Shown piece after piece: positions 58,827 to 64,000 of a stretch of DNA of 64,000 nt. The DNA is taken from assembly GCA_963828195.1 (NCBI GenBank), contig CAWHDT010000002.1, positions 14,391 to 78,390 on the forward strand. Reading direction: 5' to 3'. Every line of letters starts with the position of its first letter. Within the stretch, counting starts at the first letter, position 1. A program made the position numbers and the translations under genes. This DNA is from Candidatus Bathyarchaeota archaeon (lineage in GTDB: Archaea > Thermoproteota > Bathyarchaeia > Bathyarchaeales > Bathycorpusculaceae). The notes beneath the pieces are model-generated. The model ran no database searches, was not told the DNA's origin, and worked only from the letters and a program-made list of their open reading frames with translations.

Positions 58827-59746
58827 TTTTTTTGGTTGAAGATCAAAGTACAAAAGTCGGTGCTGAAAATGCTCAAAGTACAACTAGACATCAAGCAACA
58901 GGTTGCGTGCAGTTTGATAGCGATAAAGTCCGCACATGGGTTCTTCCTCTGATGAAGCGCATTTACGCGGGTGATTACCCCACGCAAGCTGGCAAAATCT
59001 TGGGTTTAAGCCGTTCCCACGTATGGTACTACATCGGCAAGCTAACAAAAGCCGGCCTAATCTACCAGGAGAAGCGCAGCAGTGCAACTTTTTATGCCCT
59101 TACAACTGAAGGCTCAAATCTTCTCAAATCATGTGAGGGCAGAGTTTTTCCAGGCGAGTTGCACAGGTTAGACAAATGTCAGGTGTCATTTAAGATTCTG
59201 GCAGAGGGACGTTATCCTGATGGAAAGTTCAAGGCTGTAGAAATGCAGAATTGGACCGCTCTTTTGGGCTTGGAACAGGGCGTTAAGGTTAGGCATACTT
59301 CAAAGAGTTGGATTATTCATGTGCCAGTGATTCGCGGTAAGAATCCGGCAGAAGTTTACGGTTTAGCCATGAACCTGAGTAATCGTATTGCGGTGGCTTT
59401 GGCGAAGAAATATGGAGTTGTCTTTGCTGAGGGGTCGTTTTGTGGCGGCGAAATGGCTGTTGAGGATCCTATCGCAAAACTGTTCGGCAGATACTTTAGC
59501 GTAAGAGCGGGGCGTCGCAAGATTGATCACAGTTGGGGCGAGGGCGAACTTGAGAATATCGGCAAAGACGCTGCGATTGATTACATGCAGATGCCTGAGA
59601 AAGTCAAGAGTATCAACAAGAAAGTGGATCGGCTTGAGATTAAATTTGAGCGGCTAATCGAAGCCCTTGGCCAAGTAGACAATTTTGAAGCTGACCCGAA
59701 AGGGCTGGCTGAAGGACAAAGAAAACTTGGAGAGTACACCGTTTGA
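58823..59746 (+). CDS. Winged-HTH protein with an uncharacterised C-terminal domain
   Basis: PTQAGKILGLSRSHVWYYIGKLTKAGLI...YALT.EG; C-terminal IDHSWGEGELE. Confidence 0.75.
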   Translation: MIFLVEDQSTKVGAENAQSTTRHQATGCVQFDSDKVRTWVLPLMKRIYAGDYPTQAGKILGLSRSHVWYYIGKLTKAGLIYQEKRSSATFYALTTEGSNLLKSCEGRVFPGELHRLDKCQVSFKILAEGRYPDGKFKAVEMQNWTALLGLEQGVKVRHTSKSWIIHVPVIRGKNPAEVYGLAMNLSNRIAVALAKKYGVVFAEGSFCGGEMAVEDPIAKLFGRYFSVRAGRRKIDHSWGEGELENIGKDAAIDYMQMPEKVKSINKKVDRLEIKFERLIEALGQVDNFEADPKGLAEGQRKLGEYTV

Positions 59747-59803
59747 CGTCGGTTATTTCTGCACTAATGGCAGTTAAAACCTGTTCAAAAGCCATTTCAG
59801 CAT

Positions 59804-60394
59804 ATGACCTTGGGCATGGGAAAAGTCCGTGCTTTTCACAAGTCACTTTTCTGCAACTATTTGGTCCTGATTACCCACAGTCAATTTTGCGCTGTGTTGA
59901 TGTTGGAGAATTCTTGGAGTGTGCACTCTGATATGGAAAACGCTGAAAAACCTGTTCAAAACCCCAAAAAAAAGCGTAGCCAAAGCGACAAAATAGGCCG
60001 CTTGAAGTACAACCAGCAACTACTAAAGCAAACCTTGACGGAAATCGAAAATATAAAATTAATGCTCCGGACTATTTTTGCTGGTCTAAAGGGTTCCTTC
60101 AATTTCGAGCAATCACTGATAGAACGTACAGCATGCTTCGACGATGTAGATCGAGAAATCCTGCGTTTGCTCTTCGAAGCAGGGTTACCTGGTTTACTGC
60201 CTAAAGATTTGCAAGCGCAACTCATTGGATTCAATGTTACCCGTCACCAGATAAGCAGAAGAATTCTAAAAATGAATAAGCGAGTAGAGAACGAATTAGG
60301 AGAACATTTGGCTGAAAAAAGGGGCTGGCATTGGTCTCTTACACGCTTTGCTTACGAAATTTGGGGAGAAACCATTAAACTATCTGAAGATTAG
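59804..60394 (+). CDS. Hypothetical protein with C-terminal winged helix; true start possibly 59933
   Basis: DDVDREILRLL...LPKDL...TRHQISRRILKMN...WSLT. Confidence 0.65.
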   Translation: MTLGMGKVRAFHKSLFCNYLVLITHSQFCAVLMLENSWSVHSDMENAEKPVQNPKKKRSQSDKIGRLKYNQQLLKQTLTEIENIKLMLRTIFAGLKGSFNFEQSLIERTACFDDVDREILRLLFEAGLPGLLPKDLQAQLIGFNVTRHQISRRILKMNKRVENELGEHLAEKRGWHWSLTRFAYEIWGETIKLSED

Positions 60395-62109
60395 TTATTC
60401 TTATCTTTGCTCAAAAAATTGTAAACTTTTCGGAATTGATTTGTTGTTTGCGAGTATGGTTGCCTAATTTGATACCATAATAAGGCAAGTATGAAACCGC
60501 CGATGAATCCTAATCCGTGCGCAAAAACATTGACGCCTGGTCCAACGTTAAGAAAGATCAAAGGCTCAGAAATTATTACGATGAAAAAAACTGCAAACAG
60601 GATGAGATTGAATATGCTAAACCCGATTAATTTCATTTTTGCAACCTCACTAGTCTCTTTGCTTATGTCCTTTAACCTAATTGTGTTCAACAAAGAAAAG
60701 CCTAAAACTGTTCCTTGTAAGGCAAAAACTAAACCAGAAAGCCCCACAACTCCCATTGTTGGAAAAATAGATATCCAAAGAATGTTTGCAAAAACTGCAA
60801 GTAAAAAGGCTATTAAGAGAATGAATGAGCTTCGCTCAATTTTCTCTTCGTTAGAAATAAATGAATTAGAAAAAACAAACAGTAACACGAGCCCAACCAG
60901 ACCCAGCAGATTTTGCCAAAGATGACCGAGGCTTGAATGAACAAATAGAGATGTAATTACTCCCCACGGAGTTTGAGCTGAAGCAAGCAAAACATTAGCT
61001 AGAACTGGGAAAATAACACAGTTAACATAAACCACAACACAACTGACGACTATAAATGAAGTTGCCAAAAAGACCGCTTTAAATGGTTTAAACGTATTTC
61101 CTAAAAAAATGGATCCGTAGAAGCTAGTTTTGTTCCGATCTAAAACCCATTTAAATCCTCTCACTAAATCAATTGCTATCCAAACCCCAAGAATCTCGAT
61201 CATAGAAATTTCTATCCGGGTCAGAGTAGGCGGTGCAAAGTTCCTAACAGTAAAAAGATATGCAAAAGTTGCAAGTAAAGCACCAGAAAAAATCTTGACT
61301 CTTTCATCAGGTTCTCCGAAACGCAGTTGTGTGATTGCGAAGATAGACCACAATCCAAGTATAGGTACAAGAACATACATCGAAAGCCAAAGCAATGACT
61401 CATTATTTCTTATCATTGAAATCTGAAATTCCAAACCCCATGCGTTATTCAGGTTAGAGGAGCTTGCTCCAATGTAACTTGTCCCGAGCAGGGATTTGAT
61501 ATCGCTTGGCGAAAGTTCCTTTATGTAACTGAATGTGGCAGAAAAGCCGGTTGGAATTTGCGAATTCAAGTTAAATGAGCTGAAAGTAAACTTAGACATG
61601 CTTGTTTGGTTATTGCTAAAAGCTATAATCATCCGATTAGTTTCATAAATATCAAAAGGGAAGGCGAAGGGATCATATTTTTCAAGAAAATCGCCCAGTG
61701 TCATATAGCTGTTCCAAGAGGAATATGTCGCACTGTAATTTGCTGTACTGTACGTATCTTCATAGGGCGAGCCCTGCATTTGCATGGGGATGACCATTAC
61801 TTCGCTATAATTGCCAAATGCCGGTTGGTATTCAGAATAAGTCATGCTTACGACTTCGTCACTTTCGGCTGTACAATTTACTGTGAGAGAATACGAGTTA
61901 TCTTGGAGATTGTTCTTGGTAAATGTTAGTTCGATTGTTGCTATGCCAAGTGGTGGTGAAGGTTGATCGCTAAAATTTGTTGCCCCAACAGATATATTAG
62001 AACTTGCAGCATACAAAGGAGCCAATGCGCCTACAATCACTCCTAAAAATAAACACGGCATTAGTATGAGGGAAATGAAGGCCAAAGTTATCGTAATTCT
62101 TTTGTCCAT
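60391..62109 (-). CDS. Rhomboid intramembrane serine protease fused to an N-terminal Pro-loop channel-like module
   Basis: C-terminal PWGVITSLFVHSSLGHLWQN, GLSG, AHGLGFIGG; N-terminal signal, beta-rich ectodomain with FPFD, then three TMs. Confidence 0.8.
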   Translation of the reverse strand: MDKRITITLAFISLILMPCLFLGVIVGALAPLYAASSNISVGATNFSDQPSPPLGIATIELTFTKNNLQDNSYSLTVNCTAESDEVVSMTYSEYQPAFGNYSEVMVIPMQMQGSPYEDTYSTANYSATYSSWNSYMTLGDFLEKYDPFAFPFDIYETNRMIIAFSNNQTSMSKFTFSSFNLNSQIPTGFSATFSYIKELSPSDIKSLLGTSYIGASSSNLNNAWGLEFQISMIRNNESLLWLSMYVLVPILGLWSIFAITQLRFGEPDERVKIFSGALLATFAYLFTVRNFAPPTLTRIEISMIEILGVWIAIDLVRGFKWVLDRNKTSFYGSIFLGNTFKPFKAVFLATSFIVVSCVVVYVNCVIFPVLANVLLASAQTPWGVITSLFVHSSLGHLWQNLLGLVGLVLLFVFSNSFISNEEKIERSSFILLIAFLLAVFANILWISIFPTMGVVGLSGLVFALQGTVLGFSLLNTIRLKDISKETSEVAKMKLIGFSIFNLILFAVFFIVIISEPLIFLNVGPGVNVFAHGLGFIGGFILALLWYQIRQPYSQTTNQFRKVYNFLSKDKNN

Positions 62110-62271
62110 TTAAGCGGCACTTCAATCGTTCTATTCTAATACCTTGCTTATATATTTGGAACCAAGGCGATAGTTTGTCGATTTGGCTGCCAAGTTATAA
62201 GTAGAATTACCCAAAAGCAATAAATCTTTAAAGAATTTGAACGATATTATGGAAGTCCGAGGTAGCGTTGT

Positions 62272-63162
62272 TTGAAAACCTCAAAAATCCTCGCAGCAAC
62301 TCTCGCTTCGCTTGGAATTATTCTTCTGATAGTAGTAGCTTTGCAAAAAACAGGCAACATTAGTGTAGTTCCTAGCGATATCATTGGTATTTTGACAATT
62401 TTGAGCTTAATTGCCACGATTTCGGGTTTCATCCTTCAGGTTTTACTGCTTATTAATGAACCGCGTTTGTCGTTTCTAAGTTACCGAGAAATTCCACTTC
62501 ACCGTGCAGTCGAAGTGGAAATTATTCACAGCGGTGGCAAGTTTCGGTTAAAACTCCTTGTTACTGGAATCAAGAATATTGGCGGGCGGTTTAGCAAATG
62601 CGCTGAAAGATGCGAAGTTGACTTAATGATGCCTGATTTAATTCCTCGCCGGCTTCCTTTTCGAGTAAACAAGAAGGTACAGGTAAAAGTGGATCATGAG
62701 GTGAATGCTGAATCGGCTCAAGAGATAGTTGATGCACTAAATTCGACGCTCTTCCTGGATAGGGAAGTTGATGTAAAGAGAGACCAAACTCTTCAAACAA
62801 TCATCGGCTTTTTTGTTGAGACTGGGAGATTCTATTTCGCAACTGAAGACGCCATCGAATTACCACTTTCAAAAGGAGATATGGTATTGGGAGCAACACC
62901 ATTTTACCTTACGGCAAAAGGAAAAAACTTTTCAATGACTGAAAACTCAAGCAGGATGGTGGTAGGTGGAAATAGTTGGAAAGATGCCCAAATAGGTTTT
63001 GTGGAAAAAGATGAAAAGATTTCTGACAATGAATACTCTAGTCTCATACATTTCCCTGAATATATCCAGCTTAACGAAAAAGCAAAACGCATGCTGAGCG
63101 ACTCTATAAAGACTGTTACTCCGATTGCGGAATGGATATCTAGTACACAAAATTCCAATTAG
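62272..63162 (+). CDS. Hypothetical membrane-anchored protein
   Basis: Two N-terminal TMs followed by a soluble domain; 296 aa. Confidence 0.65.
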   Translation: MKTSKILAATLASLGIILLIVVALQKTGNISVVPSDIIGILTILSLIATISGFILQVLLLINEPRLSFLSYREIPLHRAVEVEIIHSGGKFRLKLLVTGIKNIGGRFSKCAERCEVDLMMPDLIPRRLPFRVNKKVQVKVDHEVNAESAQEIVDALNSTLFLDREVDVKRDQTLQTIIGFFVETGRFYFATEDAIELPLSKGDMVLGATPFYLTAKGKNFSMTENSSRMVVGGNSWKDAQIGFVEKDEKISDNEYSSLIHFPEYIQLNEKAKRMLSDSIKTVTPIAEWISSTQNSN

Positions 63163-63250
63163 TCAAGACCAAGACTCTGATTAATGGTTTCGTTGTTAAA
63201 ATAAGATCGTACACTGGGTTTTCTGTAAGATTTTCAGTGCAACTTTTCCG

Positions 63251-63907
63251 ATGACATACATTCCTAAAAGGAAAGGCATCAAGAAATTACTCATACTGAA
63301 AAAGGCTGATCCAATATTAACAAACGGTGAAATCAGCAAATCTTTCCATGTTGACGTTTCCGCAAATGTTAACGAAGCAAATTGTGGTAAAATGACGGAT
63401 TATCTTCGCTGTATGGAAGAACAAAAAGCAAAGAAGACAAGTGATATTCAAGGTCTTTCAAGTAAGTACAACTTCCCCGTTGACTTTCTCAAGGAAGCTA
63501 TTCAATCAATAAACAAGCTCAACGAGAAAGAGCGTCACAAGAAAATGGTCTCGAAATTCAAACAGGAAATAATTGATTACTGTAAAAAAAATTACCATTA
63601 TCCCGTAGATAGAGATTCAATTAGAGTTGATATAGACCCAGAATTGACAGCTCTTTCGCAATTGTACTTAGAAAACAAATGGCCTCCTATTTTTAGGCAC
63701 TGGCAAGTCTTGGGCGAGCAACAAAATGCTTCTGAGGTGAAGTCCGCTGAATGGCAAAGAAATATTGGCTTTGGAGTCGCTATCGCTGTTTGGGTTCTTT
63801 TGGTGCTCGGTGCTTTCATTTTGAAATATTCAAGCTGGTTTTTTATTCTTTGGAGCTATATTATTTGGTTCTTATTTTGCTGTAATCCTCGGGATATTTG
63901 GTCGTAA
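63251..63907 (+). CDS. Hypothetical protein with C-terminal TMs
   Basis: 218-aa ORF ending in hydrophobic segments. Confidence 0.55.
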   Translation: MTYIPKRKGIKKLLILKKADPILTNGEISKSFHVDVSANVNEANCGKMTDYLRCMEEQKAKKTSDIQGLSSKYNFPVDFLKEAIQSINKLNEKERHKKMVSKFKQEIIDYCKKNYHYPVDRDSIRVDIDPELTALSQLYLENKWPPIFRHWQVLGEQQNASEVKSAEWQRNIGFGVAIAVWVLLVLGAFILKYSSWFFILWSYIIWFLFCCNPRDIWS

Positions 63908-64000
63908 GTATTTCAAGAAATACCAGAATGGTTCTAAATCAACTACTCCATCCAAATAAAATGGGTCTGAAAACCTCTATAATAGTTTGTTTTTAGCTTT

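Larger units (their letters stand above)
58075..64000. mobile_element. Probable tRNA-Lys-adjacent genomic island or integrated-element edge
   Basis: Housekeeping genes end at the tRNA; tightly packed small HTH/orphan ORFs follow, then AT-rich orphan membrane genes. No integrase or att repeat seen in the window. Confidence 0.45.

Overview
Archaeal chromosomal window. The unsplit rpoB, fused rpoA'/A'', PAS-rich kinase, PadR and CdvA-like genes and frequent TTG starts fit Bathyarchaeia (TACK); this assignment is an inference. Housekeeping content: two-component cassette, pdaD, nucS, rpoB-rpoA-rpl30e-nusA, pepF, aor with ferredoxin and MoaD, glpX, a P1B ATPase, a RimK-family ligase, thiC-thiDN-thiW behind a TPP riboswitch, two ABC-2 exporters with regulators, valS, nadX, intron-containing tRNA-Leu(CAA) and tRNA-Lys(TTT). 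The most notable items are: (1) a translationally coupled three-gene operon (7387-10750) encoding a short, apparently hingeless SMC with SMC5/6-type head motifs, an ScpA/Nse4-like kleisin and an Nse1/Nse3(MAGE)-like kite protein; (2) an apparent Pro-loop ligand-gated-channel-like domain fused to an intact rhomboid protease, in an island next to tRNA-Lys; (3) an archaeal TPP riboswitch whose 3' end is the SD of a 46-codon leader ORF that stops inside the thiC SD. All family calls come from reading motifs by eye; no searches were run.
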